This document shows, in pieces, positions 29,029-39,109 of a DNA stretch of 64,000 bases. The position numbers were made by a program, and so were the translations under genes. Origin of the DNA: Vulcanimicrobiota bacterium (GTDB taxonomy: Bacteria; Vulcanimicrobiota; Xenobia; Xenobiales; JADMJV01); assembly GCA_019637395.1 (NCBI GenBank), contig JAHBVR010000012.1:129842-193841 (forward strand), read 5' to 3'. The first letter of the stretch is position 1. Each line of letters opens with the position of its first letter. Below the pieces are notes generated by a model that saw nothing but the letters and a program-made list of their open reading frames with translations, was not told the DNA's origin and did no database searches.

Positions 29029-30918
29029 ATGACTGCAACAACTGTCAGTCCTCGTAAAATTCCCCTGGGACCGGGCAGTCTGCTCGGATTCCGCGACGGC
29101 TTCCCGGCTCCCGCCCAACTCACCGGAGAGCACGCGCGCGTCCGCCTGAGCGGTCCCCTGGTGGCCGTGGAAGTGCGCCAGACCTTCCACAATCCCTATC
29201 CGCAGGCGCTGGAATTCTGCTATCTCTTTCCTTGGAGCGAAACGGCCAGTTTGTCGCGTTTCCGCGCTCAGATCGAGGAGCGGATACTGGAGACGCAACC
29301 GGCCGAGGACCTGCCGGAGAGCCATCGCTCGGCCGCTCTGACCCGCTTCTTCGAGGGGGAAACGGCACCGGTCTTCTCCGTGAGCGTGGGCTTGCTGGAA
29401 CCCGGCCAAACCCTTAGCCTGGAGCTATTTTACGCGGAACTGACCGAGGCTTTTTGCTTCCCGCTGGCGGGCTGCGCGCAAGCTCATGTACAACTCTGGC
29501 TGGAGGCGCCGATCCCCCGCTTTGCCTGTAACCTGCCGGCCCGATCGCAACAACTGGCCAACGGGGACCTGCTGCTGGAGCTGACCGGCGGGCCTTTTCT
29601 GGAAGACCTGCGCGTGGACCTGGAGAGCCCGGACCAGCCCCTGTTGCGCCAGTCCGCGCAGCACTTCATGCTGCAGATACCCTCCAGCAGGCAACCAGGC
29701 GACCTGGTCGTGCTGGTGGATATGTCGGAAAATGGGCATTTTACGGAGGCGCAACGCGTGGCGCGCCACTGGCTGGAACAGCTTGGTGAGAAGGAACAGT
29801 TCGCGCTGGTGAGCTTCCACCACCAGATCGAAGGCTTTGAAATGGGGGGTTTTCACCCTCGGGCCAAAATCGAGTCGGCTCTTGGTTGGCTGGCCCGGCG
29901 CCGTCCCGGCGGTCGCGCCGATCTGGCGGTGCTGCTCGAGCGAGTGCTCAGCCTGCCTCGCCATCGTCCTCTGGAGGTGGTGCTGATCGCGGGCGGCCCG
30001 GTGGGCAACGAACCCGAACTCTACGCCCAGGTCTGTTCAACTCCCAATCCGCCGCCCTTTCACACGGTGGCACTGGGCCCGGCCAACGCCGCCTTTCTAC
30101 GCCGCCTGCAGGCCTTCACCCAACCACCGCCGCGCTGGCAGGACCAGGGTTTGGAAGCGCAACCGGCCACCTTAACCAACTCGCGCCCGCAATTGGGGCG
30201 CAAGGCCGGTACCGGCGGCCTGCGCGTCGAAGGGCGGCCAGCCGCCAACTTCGGCTGTCACAACCCGGCTCTACCTATGATCTGGGCCAGTCGAAAGGTA
30301 GCCGAGATGCTCGACGAACTCAAGCTCGTCCAGGGTCCGCGGGCTTCTCAACTACGCCAGGCTTCTCAAAGCCTGTGCCGTGAATATCGTTTGATGACGG
30401 AAATTTCTCCTCAAGCGGTGGCCGGTCAACGCCTGCCCTCGCTCTATCCGGGGCGCTGGCCACGGCCGGCTCCAGTGCCCCGCCCCAAGCTACGCGCTCT
30501 GCCGGCCATCGTTGCCGAACCCCCTAAAGTGCGGGCCGGACTGGTCCCGCCGCAAGGCTCGACTCCTTCTCCAGGGGGATTGAAAGCCAAGTTCACGCAA
30601 GCCATGAAGTACGAAGCCAAACGCAAGCCGGCCAAACCGGTACTCAAGAAATCGGAGCCAGTCGTAGAGGCTCGCCGGCTGCTGAAGTCGGAGCAGAGCC
30701 TGTGGAAAGAGCAACTGCGCGCTCTCTATCGCGGGCGGCGACCCGAACAATTGGCGGTCCTGCTGGTGCACCTGCGCCCTCTACGCGAGAAATCCACGGT
30801 GTTGACTGAGGTCTATCGCCTGGGCGTAGCCTGCTATCAGGGTTTACGCGCCGGTCATCCCAAAGCTGGCGAGCGGACCGCTCAATGGGTGGAAAAATTT
30901 GCTACGCTCTTTAAATAG
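29029..30918 (+). CDS. VIT domain / von Willebrand factor type A domain protein
   Basis: N-terminal VIT-like region followed by vWA core DLVVLVDMSENG (MIDAS-like). Confidence 0.7.
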   Translation: MTATTVSPRKIPLGPGSLLGFRDGFPAPAQLTGEHARVRLSGPLVAVEVRQTFHNPYPQALEFCYLFPWSETASLSRFRAQIEERILETQPAEDLPESHRSAALTRFFEGETAPVFSVSVGLLEPGQTLSLELFYAELTEAFCFPLAGCAQAHVQLWLEAPIPRFACNLPARSQQLANGDLLLELTGGPFLEDLRVDLESPDQPLLRQSAQHFMLQIPSSRQPGDLVVLVDMSENGHFTEAQRVARHWLEQLGEKEQFALVSFHHQIEGFEMGGFHPRAKIESALGWLARRRPGGRADLAVLLERVLSLPRHRPLEVVLIAGGPVGNEPELYAQVCSTPNPPPFHTVALGPANAAFLRRLQAFTQPPPRWQDQGLEAQPATLTNSRPQLGRKAGTGGLRVEGRPAANFGCHNPALPMIWASRKVAEMLDELKLVQGPRASQLRQASQSLCREYRLMTEISPQAVAGQRLPSLYPGRWPRPAPVPRPKLRALPAIVAEPPKVRAGLVPPQGSTPSPGGLKAKFTQAMKYEAKRKPAKPVLKKSEPVVEARRLLKSEQSLWKEQLRALYRGRRPEQLAVLLVHLRPLREKSTVLTEVYRLGVACYQGLRAGHPKAGERTAQWVEKFATLFK

Positions 30919-30964
30919 GGAAGTCCCTACAGGGTGAAGGGCGGGCCGTGGAAAAGGCAGGCGA

Positions 30965-32737
30965 ATGCTCGCGCCGGAAGACGAGGATGCACTTCGTTTC
31001 GAAAGCTACCGAGAATTAGCTCGCACCACTCCTGCCACGGTGCCGGTCTACCCGGCTATGGTAGCCGGCTGCGCTTTGGCCAGTTCCTTCGCCGAGGAGC
31101 ATTTTTGGGCTACTTTACTACTGGTTTCAGCCACCGCTCTGGCCGGACTGGCGCGCTTGTGGTTGGCTCGCCAGTTACTGCGCCAGGTAAATTGCATTCA
31201 TGCCTTCCGCTTGAGCGCCTTGCTGGTGGGTTTGAGCTGGGGGCTTTTCAACGCTTTCTCGGTCTACTGGTATGGCACGGGTTGGGCTTCTCAACTGGCC
31301 ATGGTGGTGACGGTAGGCCTGACAGCCGGAGCCACCAGCACGCTGGCCAGCGACCTGGCTCTTTTCCGAGTCTACACGGTGGTCATGCTGCTCCCGGGCA
31401 GTCTGCTGCTGGCCGGGCTGGAGGGCAAGAACGCCCTCTCCAGCCTGCCCCTCTTCATCTTTATGATCTTTATCGGAGCCACCGGCAGGCAGCATCACCA
31501 CCGCTACTGGAAGTCCATCCGCAGCGAGCACCTTTTGAAGCGGCGCACCGCAGAACTGGAAGAGGCCAATCAGGCCAAGAGCCAGTTTCTGGCCACCATG
31601 AGCCATGAGATCCGCACTCCTATGAACGCCGTCATGGGCATGACCGAACTGCTTATGGACAGCCAACTGGAGCCGGTCCAGCAAGAGTGGGTGAGCGCCC
31701 TGCGCGGCGGTTCGCAGACGCTGCTTTCCATCATCACCGGCATTCTCGACCTTTCCAAAATCGAGTCGGGCCAGTTGGAGCTGGAACGCCAGCCCTACGA
31801 TCTGGCGGCCGGATTGCGCGAAACGGTGGCGCTTTTCTCGGTGGCCGCCCGCCAGAAAGGCCTGGAGCTGCGCACCCATTGGCAGGACGGGCCGGTCTGG
31901 CTGTTGGGAGACAGCCTCCGAGTGCGCCAGATTCTCTCCAACCTGGTCAGCAACGCCTTGAAGTTTACCCAACACGGGCATATCGCGGTGGAACTGCACT
32001 GGCCCGCTCCCGATCAGGCTGAGCTGCGTATCTGCGACAGCGGTGAAGGAGTGGCGCCCGAGAAGCTGGACCGCCTGTTCAAGCCCTTCTCGCAGGCCGA
32101 CGCCTCCATCAGCCGGCGTTATGGAGGCACCGGCTTGGGGTTGGCCATCTGCCACCAGTTGGCCGGACTGCTGGGCGGCGCTATCTGGATGGAAAGTCGA
32201 TCCGGCGTGGCCGGCCAGGCTCCCCCAGGCTGGACCCGTGGCGCCTCCGGCTCCGGTTCGTGCTTCTACTTCCGCTGGCCGGTGGAGCGAGTCCAGGCGC
32301 CGGCTACCGAGGCTCTACAGCACCAGCCCCTGCCGGCCGGACTGCGTATTCTGGTGGCCGAGGACAACGCCGTCAACCGCCGCGTCATCGCCACCATGTT
32401 GGAAAAACTGGGCTATGCGGCCACTCTGGTGGAGGACGGTTCGCAGGCGGTGGAGGCCTGTTCCTCCGGGTCGTTCCAAGTCGTTTTCATGGATCTGCAG
32501 ATGCCGGTGCTGGACGGAGTTTCAGCCACCCGGCGGATTCGCTCGGCGGAGCTGCCCGCCCAGCCCTGGGTCATCGCCCTCACCGCCAACGCCTTCCGCG
32601 AGGATCGCGAAGCCAGTCTGGCCGCGGGAATGGACGACTTCCTGAGCAAGCCCGTGCGCCAGGTCGACGTGGAACAGGCCCTGCGCCGCTTCGCGGGGAC
32701 CGGAACATCGCCGGCCGACGCGGGGCGCCGCTCCTAA
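30965..32737 (+). CDS. hybrid sensor histidine kinase/response regulator (membrane)
   Basis: 5-6 TM N-terminal region, HisKA SHEIRTPMNAV, HATPase G-boxes, C-terminal REC (RILVAEDNAVNRRV...DLQMP...K). Confidence 0.85.
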   Translation: MLAPEDEDALRFESYRELARTTPATVPVYPAMVAGCALASSFAEEHFWATLLLVSATALAGLARLWLARQLLRQVNCIHAFRLSALLVGLSWGLFNAFSVYWYGTGWASQLAMVVTVGLTAGATSTLASDLALFRVYTVVMLLPGSLLLAGLEGKNALSSLPLFIFMIFIGATGRQHHHRYWKSIRSEHLLKRRTAELEEANQAKSQFLATMSHEIRTPMNAVMGMTELLMDSQLEPVQQEWVSALRGGSQTLLSIITGILDLSKIESGQLELERQPYDLAAGLRETVALFSVAARQKGLELRTHWQDGPVWLLGDSLRVRQILSNLVSNALKFTQHGHIAVELHWPAPDQAELRICDSGEGVAPEKLDRLFKPFSQADASISRRYGGTGLGLAICHQLAGLLGGAIWMESRSGVAGQAPPGWTRGASGSGSCFYFRWPVERVQAPATEALQHQPLPAGLRILVAEDNAVNRRVIATMLEKLGYAATLVEDGSQAVEACSSGSFQVVFMDLQMPVLDGVSATRRIRSAELPAQPWVIALTANAFREDREASLAAGMDDFLSKPVRQVDVEQALRRFAGTGTSPADAGRRS

Positions 32738-32840
32738 CGGGTACGCGCGTCCTTCGGAGCTGGGACCGGCTTGCCACGACCGCCGGACCTATCGGTGGTA
32801 GCCTCAAGGTAGAAATCGAGCCAAAGGAGCGCCAAGACAC

Positions 32841-33200
32841 ATGGACAACCAACACAATATCCCCCACACGATCGACAACGAGCTGGAGGGTATGCGTAAC
32901 CGCCGACCCGCCGATATACGCAACGAAGACACCGCCGACGGGTCGGACCTCGACGACCTGGGCATCGTCAGCGACCCGGTCAATAGTGAAGATGGCTCTC
33001 CCGACCAGCTCTCGGCGGTTGAGCAGGTGCAGGCCACCTGGTCTCCCGGAGCCCCGGAAACCGCCTTTGGCGCCGTGCCTCCGGAGAACGATGACGAAAT
33101 CATTACGGCCCGGAGCGTGCGTGCCGAACGCGACCCCGAAGAGTATTCCCAGGATGAAGACCTGGAAGCTCTCGACGCCCATTCCAGTCTCGACGTCTGA
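32841..33200 (+). CDS. hypothetical acidic protein
   Basis: 119-aa Asp/Glu-rich ORF. Confidence 0.4.
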   Translation: MDNQHNIPHTIDNELEGMRNRRPADIRNEDTADGSDLDDLGIVSDPVNSEDGSPDQLSAVEQVQATWSPGAPETAFGAVPPENDDEIITARSVRAERDPEEYSQDEDLEALDAHSSLDV

Positions 33201-33226
33201 ACAGGTCGCTGGTCCCAGCGCCTTCT

Positions 33227-34003
33227 CTAGCGGCCGGCACTCAAGGCTTTGCGCGGCGCCGAAGGACTCAAGTCGAGCTGCGAACCGGCCTGGTAGCCGG
33301 CGCCGTAGGCGTCGGCGTAGACACCGCGCGAGCTGCTACAAGTCCGATAACCCAGCCCTAGCTTGCGTGCGAAGTCACTGCTGGCCTGCTCCTTGCGATC
33401 GAAAAGCTGGAGCGCCCGCGAGGGCAGATTGCGTTGCTTTTGCTCCTGCACGATGCGGTCGCGCTCGCGCGTCACCTGATCGGAAACCCCTCGGCCGGCT
33501 CCCACCTTGAAGTCATTGCGGCGCTTCTGCGTCACCGCGCCATCCCAACTGCGGCTCAGACGCTCGATCTCGAATACACAGAAACGAAAAAGCTGGCGCA
33601 CGTTCTCGATGTCTTTACTGGTGCCGATCAGATGGCGCGTATTGCGGTGGCGCACGCCGGTGGACCACCACTCCGGCTCGCTCCGGGTGTAGGCGATACA
33701 ATGGTGAACCTGAGCCAGACAGGTCAGCAGCGACGTCTGCCAGAGCGGAAAACCGCGATAGGAATTCTCCTGATCGACCTGCTCTTTGAGGACCATGAGA
33801 TCCTGGCCGGGAGCGTCATCGAGCTCGGCCATTTCGATCTCGTATTCCAGCATAATACGCGCCATCGCGGCCGCGGCCATAGCTGTTTCGTTGGCGTTGC
33901 CGGTGGGACAGGCAGAGAGTGCTTTGAGCTTGGCCAGCTTATCCAGCAAGCGCTGCCGGTCTGCTTGCGAAAGTTCCGCGAAAGCGGTTGAAGAGTTTTC
34001 CAT
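33227..34003 (-). CDS. hypothetical protein (DUF2786-like N-terminal helical region)
   Basis: RLLDKLAKLKALSACPTGNANETAMAAAAMARIMLEYEI resembles DUF2786; start at ATG 34003 (MENSS...). Confidence 0.5.
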   Translation of the reverse strand: MENSSTAFAELSQADRQRLLDKLAKLKALSACPTGNANETAMAAAAMARIMLEYEIEMAELDDAPGQDLMVLKEQVDQENSYRGFPLWQTSLLTCLAQVHHCIAYTRSEPEWWSTGVRHRNTRHLIGTSKDIENVRQLFRFCVFEIERLSRSWDGAVTQKRRNDFKVGAGRGVSDQVTRERDRIVQEQKQRNLPSRALQLFDRKEQASSDFARKLGLGYRTCSSSRGVYADAYGAGYQAGSQLDLSPSAPRKALSAGR

Positions 34004-34100
34004 CTTAAGAAATTCAATCCCGGCCCAAAAAACCTGCGGAACACAGGTTCGACGCCTCGACATGCCAAGGAACTGTGCGAACTCCTCGAACACAGGAGGG

Positions 34101-35066
34101 ATGTTCTCTTTCTTTCAAGGGAAACCCGCCGCTCCCAGGGTGATCTATCTACGTGGGGAACCGCGCCGTAACGGTCTGGAGGTGGGCGAGAATCCGGAAA
34201 ACTTAAGCGAACTTCTGGAATCTCTGGCCCCCGCGCCGTTCGTGTTGCGTGCTCCGGCCGGTGTCTCGAGCCTGCTGCTGGAATGGTTGTGGCTGGAGCG
34301 AGGTTACCGGATGCCCGCGGTGCTGGTGGAACCGGGTTTCTCCTTGAGGGTGCTCGATCAGGCCGAGAGCTTCCCAGAACAGCAGCATCCATTCTTTACC
34401 CCGGCGGAGATCATCCAGTTGGAATTGGCCCGGGCCGTGGCCAGCTCGATTCCCCGCTTTGTCCACCGCGACTACGTGCTGGCCCAGGCCCGGGCCGCCG
34501 GTGTGGAACTAGACCCTCGCTTGCTGGGCCGCCTGAGCAAATACCTGAGAAAACTGCTGCAGGCGGGCTGGACCCTGCCCGCGCCGGCCGCATGGGCGGA
34601 GCTGGCTCATACGGCTCCTTTCGACGAAATTGCCCGCGGTTTAGAAAGCCTGCGCTTGCGCACGCCTCTCGAGGGAGCGCGGCGCAGCCAATTGATCTTT
34701 CAAGCGCTGACCGAGGATACGTGCACGCTCGAGACTTTTCAGGCCATTGAGGAGTTCTGGGCGGCCAGCGGCCAGGTCTTTCCTGAATTTCGTCTGGAGC
34801 CTCGAGCTTTATTACGCGACTTGCTGCGCCATCCGCTCCACCAACTGGAGAGGTGGGCCCGCCAAACCCCCGACTTCGAGGAGCGAATTCTGGGAGTCGA
34901 GCGCCTCTCCGCCCCCAGCCTGCCCAGATTGGCACGGCTGGCTTTGCTGGCCCAGGAACTCAATTCGGAGCAGCGCTTGGAACTCGAGTCGTATTTAGGC
35001 CCGCTTCCCCAGCTACTGGCCACTCCGGCCCAGCAAAGACTGGCGCGTCAGCGCCTGGGTCCTTAG
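34101..35066 (+). CDS. hypothetical protein
   Basis: ATG 34101 with AGGAGG RBS 2 nt upstream; 321 aa helical Leu/Arg-rich protein. Confidence 0.5.
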   Translation: MFSFFQGKPAAPRVIYLRGEPRRNGLEVGENPENLSELLESLAPAPFVLRAPAGVSSLLLEWLWLERGYRMPAVLVEPGFSLRVLDQAESFPEQQHPFFTPAEIIQLELARAVASSIPRFVHRDYVLAQARAAGVELDPRLLGRLSKYLRKLLQAGWTLPAPAAWAELAHTAPFDEIARGLESLRLRTPLEGARRSQLIFQALTEDTCTLETFQAIEEFWAASGQVFPEFRLEPRALLRDLLRHPLHQLERWARQTPDFEERILGVERLSAPSLPRLARLALLAQELNSEQRLELESYLGPLPQLLATPAQQRLARQRLGP

Positions 35067-35875
35067 TGGCCTTTCTCCCATCCAGGGTAGGCGGTGGGTT
35101 TGTAGAGCAATTCGCTGGTTCCATCGGGATGAAAAACGCGCCACTCTCCCCCCTTGTCATTCAACTGCGGGCCCCTTCCAGTTCCTAGAACGCGCGAGTC
35201 AACCGGGGCGATCACGTATCTTCCCGTGCGCCGGGAGACGTCCGCGGCCGGCACGATACCTTTCGATTCCGTTCCCGCGTTGCAGACATTGAGGAAAATC
35301 GGAGCGTCATCCCCCGCCTTCAAGTGGGGCCGGAGCAATTCCACGAACTCGGCGGTCGTGCGCAGACCATGCGGCTCGGTCCCATCCCAAAACGGCGTCC
35401 GGTTGCGCTCGGGATTAATCTCTCCGTTTTTCAAAACCGGGCGCACTCCGTGCATCGAAACGGTCACCGAACCCGGCGCGCGATAATTCTCGATGGCCCG
35501 GGTGGCGTCCATGATCTCACCGCTCTTATCCAGCAGAGCGTAACCCTTGGAGCCGTTGGCGAAGCGAGTGCAGGCCCTACGATTCTGGGCGCCGTCGAGA
35601 TAGGTGACCAGATTCTGCTTCAGCTCACCCCAATTCTCAGGCTGCCCCTGCGGCCTGGTGTGGCCTGAGAACCTCACGTCGGAACTTTGCCAGGCCGCCG
35701 AAGCCGGTCCCAGTCCAAGCTTCTTGAGAGCTCGTTGCTGATTTGCCACCTCGCACTCTTTGGAGGCCTCGAAAGTCGCCGCCGGAGCCTCCTCCGACTG
35801 GACCGTGGCCAGAGCCCGGTTGCTGACTTTAACGATCTGGTCGGCTACTCTGGACAGGGTTTGAATGACGCTCAT
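35063..35875 (-). CDS. hypothetical protein (possible His...Cys hydrolase-like motif)
   Basis: Start at MSVIQ with GGAGG upstream; contains SVTVSMHGV ... IFLNVCNAG. Confidence 0.5.
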   Translation of the reverse strand: MSVIQTLSRVADQIVKVSNRALATVQSEEAPAATFEASKECEVANQQRALKKLGLGPASAAWQSSDVRFSGHTRPQGQPENWGELKQNLVTYLDGAQNRRACTRFANGSKGYALLDKSGEIMDATRAIENYRAPGSVTVSMHGVRPVLKNGEINPERNRTPFWDGTEPHGLRTTAEFVELLRPHLKAGDDAPIFLNVCNAGTESKGIVPAADVSRRTGRYVIAPVDSRVLGTGRGPQLNDKGGEWRVFHPDGTSELLYKPTAYPGWEKGH

Positions 35876-36164
35876 ATTGACCTCCACGGTGCTGATGAGT
35901 GGAGATTAACCTGAGCACCGCCACCAGTTCACTACCGACCCGGCTCAATTGTTAACAAACTGTGAGCTCATTGACGGTCGTGTCCACCCACGATCTCTCG
36001 CCGGATGCCCAACTTTGGCGGTGACTCTGGTTCACGCGCCGGCAGTGGTGGTACGACAGAGCTAAATCCTGCCAGTAATTCAGCCAGTTGGACTTGTGTA
36101 TTTTCAGCGGAGTGCTGCCTACCTTTCGGAAGGGGTTGGGAGGGCGTTGGGAAATCCCGCCGGG

Positions 36165-36995
36165 ATGAAGATTCTTGTGACGGTAGACGGTAGCGAGCTG
36201 GCGGAGTCGGTCCTTCCCTGCGCGTCCGGACTGGCTCGCCGCTGGGGAGCCGAACTGGTGGTGGTGCGCGTGGTCGACCCGGTGCTGACCATCAGTCCTG
36301 ACATTCCTCCTAGCCTGACGGAGAAGCTGCGCGACCAGGTACTGGCTGAGGCGCAGGAGTATGCACGGAACCTGCAATCCCGACTGGGTGATTTGCCTCA
36401 GCATACGCGCGTGCCGGTCGGTTCGGCTCCCGACCAGATTGCCCGGACGGCGGCCAGAGAAGGTTGTCAGGCGATTATTATGGCTTCGCACGGACATTCG
36501 GGAGCGGCGCGCTGGTTGCTGGGCAGCGTAGCCGAAAGAGTTTTGCGCCAGGCCCCCTGCCCGGTTCTTTTATTGCGACCGCCTGCACCCCAATTGGCCG
36601 AGTTTCACAATGTTTTGGTGCCGGTGGACGGCTCTGAAGCCTCGCTGCAGGTTGCCGAGCAGGTGCGCCCCTATCTGGCCGAGGGTGCCACAGTGACTCT
36701 GCTTCAGGTAAGCCATCACCTGCCCGGTCTGCCGCACGGTGACGCCGAGTTGGACGACAACCTCCAGGTGGTGGAAGGCCAGCCAGCACCCACCATTATG
36801 AGTTGGGCACAAGAACACCAGTGTGATCTCATCGCTATGGCCTGCCATGGACGTAGCGGTTTCCGCCGTCTCTGGCTGGGTAGTGTGACCGAAAAGGTAG
36901 CCCGCCATTCTCACTGTCCTTTGCTCGTGTTTCCTCATCCTGATCGGGGTTCTCCGGCCTTCATCCGGGAAGGGTGTGATTCGCCTCTGGAGTAG
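36165..36995 (+). CDS. universal stress protein (tandem UspA domains)
   Basis: MKILVTVDGSELAESVL and second copy NVLVPVDGSEASLQVAE; ATP-binding G-x2-G-x9-G(S/T) regions. Confidence 0.8.
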   Translation: MKILVTVDGSELAESVLPCASGLARRWGAELVVVRVVDPVLTISPDIPPSLTEKLRDQVLAEAQEYARNLQSRLGDLPQHTRVPVGSAPDQIARTAAREGCQAIIMASHGHSGAARWLLGSVAERVLRQAPCPVLLLRPPAPQLAEFHNVLVPVDGSEASLQVAEQVRPYLAEGATVTLLQVSHHLPGLPHGDAELDDNLQVVEGQPAPTIMSWAQEHQCDLIAMACHGRSGFRRLWLGSVTEKVARHSHCPLLVFPHPDRGSPAFIREGCDSPLE

Positions 36996-37002
36996 TCCCC
37001 AT

Positions 37003-37078
37003 GAAAGGGGATGGAGTTCCCCAAGACCGCCGCGCCATGGCTGATGACTCCTACCTATCTCTCGGTTAGGATGAAATG
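37003..37078 (+). promoter_or_regulatory. fluoride riboswitch (crcB RNA motif)
   Basis: GGGGAUGGAGUUCCCC...ACCGCCGC...GCUGAUGACUCCUAC matches the crcB-motif consensus (GGCGAUGGnGUUCGCC...AACCGC...CUGAUGACUCCUAC) and lies immediately upstream of crcB. Confidence 0.9.
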
Positions 37079-37080
37079 TT

Positions 37081-37461
37081 GTGAAAATTATAGCCATCAT
37101 GCTCGGCGCTGCTTTGGGAGCGACCGGCCGCTATCTCCTGACCACCTGGGCCACCGCCCGGTGGGGCCCCTCGTTTCCGTTTGGGACGGGTATCATTAAT
37201 GTCTCGGGTAGTTTCCTGATCGGGGTCGTAATGATATTCGCCTTGATACGATTTCCGCATTCCGATGTATTCCGGCTCTTTTGGGTAACCGGAATTCTGG
37301 GCGGATTCACCACTTTCTCCAGCTTCAGCTACGAGGCCATGACCTTGATTGAGGCCGGGCGCTGGCAACTCGCGGTAGTCTATCTCTCAGGAAGTGTCTT
37401 GCTTGGATTGGCCGGCGTCTTTCTAGGCGCATTCCTGGCCCGCGCCCTGCTGGCTAGCTAG
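37081..37461 (+). CDS. crcB: fluoride ion channel CrcB/FluC
   Basis: GTG start; 4 TM helices; GTGIINVSGSFLIG and GILGGFTTFSSF signature regions. Confidence 0.9.
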   Translation: MKIIAIMLGAALGATGRYLLTTWATARWGPSFPFGTGIINVSGSFLIGVVMIFALIRFPHSDVFRLFWVTGILGGFTTFSSFSYEAMTLIEAGRWQLAVVYLSGSVLLGLAGVFLGAFLARALLAS

Positions 37462-37579
37462 CCGGCCTCCGCGTTCCAAACAGGACAGGCGTCCGACCGC
37501 CTGAGGATATTAGAACCTCGTCGCGGTGCCGTTTTTGCGTTAGCCTGAGAGCAGAAACAACGAATGGGAAACCAAGGCT

Positions 37580-37903
37580 ATGCAGAAGATCGCACTTTTC
37601 ATCCTCCTGGCCGTAGGAGCCGCCCAGGCCGCTCCTCCCCCCTGGAACAATCCCCTGCGGCGCACCGAGATGCGCCAGGATGTCCGCGCGGATGGGCGCC
37701 AACCGGACAAGGCCGTCAAGGCTCCGCTCAAGGATACCGTGGAGAGTCACTACTTGATGCGCAATCCCGAGGAGCGCGAACAATATATGTCGCGCCGCAA
37801 GATTGTGGCCAAGCCGTCTCAAGCCAAGGTCCCCATGCGTTCCTCGCGGGACCATGACCCGGACACCGGTACCTACTACTATATCCCCACCATCCGACCT
37901 TAG
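37580..37903 (+). CDS. small hypothetical secreted protein
   Basis: Signal peptide MQKIALFILLAVGAAQA, 107 aa. Confidence 0.5.
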   Translation: MQKIALFILLAVGAAQAAPPPWNNPLRRTEMRQDVRADGRQPDKAVKAPLKDTVESHYLMRNPEEREQYMSRRKIVAKPSQAKVPMRSSRDHDPDTGTYYYIPTIRP

Positions 37904-38355
37904 GCCCCTCCCCCGGATTGACTGCGAATGAGCCCCTCAGCCAGACGGACCAGCTCGCCGGGATGCTCCGACTGAGGGCGACAACACCAGCAGAAACCGG
38001 GAGAAAAGAAAGCGGGCCGGTAGTCACTGCAGGGCGGCCCGGGATGAGTGCCGTTCTCGTCAGCGCGGGGCTCCGGGATGTCCGAGGGGGAGGCGGCGAC
38101 TTGCTCCTGCAGACGCCAGTTCACCACCCCCGTTCCGATCCAGGAGAGCACCCAACCCTCGCCATCCGGGCGGATCAAAGACAGCTCGGCCAGCTTGTGC
38201 AGACGCTGTAAGAAAGCCCGGCGCCTGCGCAGCGGCTGGGCTCGCTCTAAATGCGCGGTGGGCACCCGGGGAAAATGGTAAAGGAGAAATAGCTGCTGAA
38301 AGTCTTGGAGGCCGAGGTGGCGACCCAGCACGGCAAAAGCGTGGTGATATTTCAC
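37900..38355 (-). CDS. hypothetical protein
   Basis: 151-aa ORF overlapping neighbours by 4 nt on both sides. Confidence 0.4.
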   Translation of the reverse strand: MKYHHAFAVLGRHLGLQDFQQLFLLYHFPRVPTAHLERAQPLRRRRAFLQRLHKLAELSLIRPDGEGWVLSWIGTGVVNWRLQEQVAASPSDIPEPRADENGTHPGPPCSDYRPAFFSPGFCWCCRPQSEHPGELVRLAEGLIRSQSGGGA

Positions 38356-38921
38356 AGGCTATAAATCCCGTTGCGTGACTGTGGCAGCGGGGGCAATCGC
38401 CAGCCGCCGTCCAGGATAGGTCCGCGCTGGACTCGCGGCAGAGAAAGCAACTGGATCTGATAACTCAACTGAAAATCCAGCTCGGCCACACGGTCGCGAA
38501 CAGCTTCGAGGTCCTGGCCCCAGGCGAACAGTCCCTCTCCATCGACTAACAGCACTCCCTCCGAACCGGCTACCGAAAACGGTCCGGAGCGGGGAACCAC
38601 GGCAATCTGCAGGCCATCCACCACTCCCGCTTCGTGCCAATAGTGCGCTCCCAACAAGGTCGACACCGACTTCAGAAAAAACACCACCGGCGCCGCCGTA
38701 GCTTTATGCACCGCCCGGTAAACGGAATGCCCCTCGCCTTCACGCGGCAGGGTCAAAATCTGTTTGGGAGCCAACTTCAGTCGACCCGGATGATACTGGA
38801 AGATCCGTAAGTTCTCATCCAGAGCCAGAGAGAGTCCGAAATAATGACCGGAATTCTGGGGTAGACGATTCCAAATCTCCAGGGCCTGGTGCAGGGGATT
38901 GTTGTAGCGTTTGCGTCTCAT
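38352..38921 (-). CDS. hypothetical protein
   Basis: Start taken at MRRKRYNN (38921); ~190 aa. Confidence 0.45.
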   Translation of the reverse strand: MRRKRYNNPLHQALEIWNRLPQNSGHYFGLSLALDENLRIFQYHPGRLKLAPKQILTLPREGEGHSVYRAVHKATAAPVVFFLKSVSTLLGAHYWHEAGVVDGLQIAVVPRSGPFSVAGSEGVLLVDGEGLFAWGQDLEAVRDRVAELDFQLSYQIQLLSLPRVQRGPILDGGWRLPPLPQSRNGIYSL

Positions 38922-39109
38922 AGTAAGTCCTCTCGAGGGTGAATTCCGCCGGGCGAGAGACACAAAAAAACCTCCCGCGCGCGACGGGAGGTTTCCGGGT
39001 CCAGTTTTAGATCGTTAAGCCGGACACGCACCATCCCGAGGGTCCAGGCAACAACACAGGCTCATCGGGATGATCAACACCCCCCGAGTATAGGTTCGGG
39101 AGGAAACAA

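Noticed and set aside
31175-32155. 326-aa minus-strand ORF
   Set aside because: Antisense to the hybrid histidine kinase gene.
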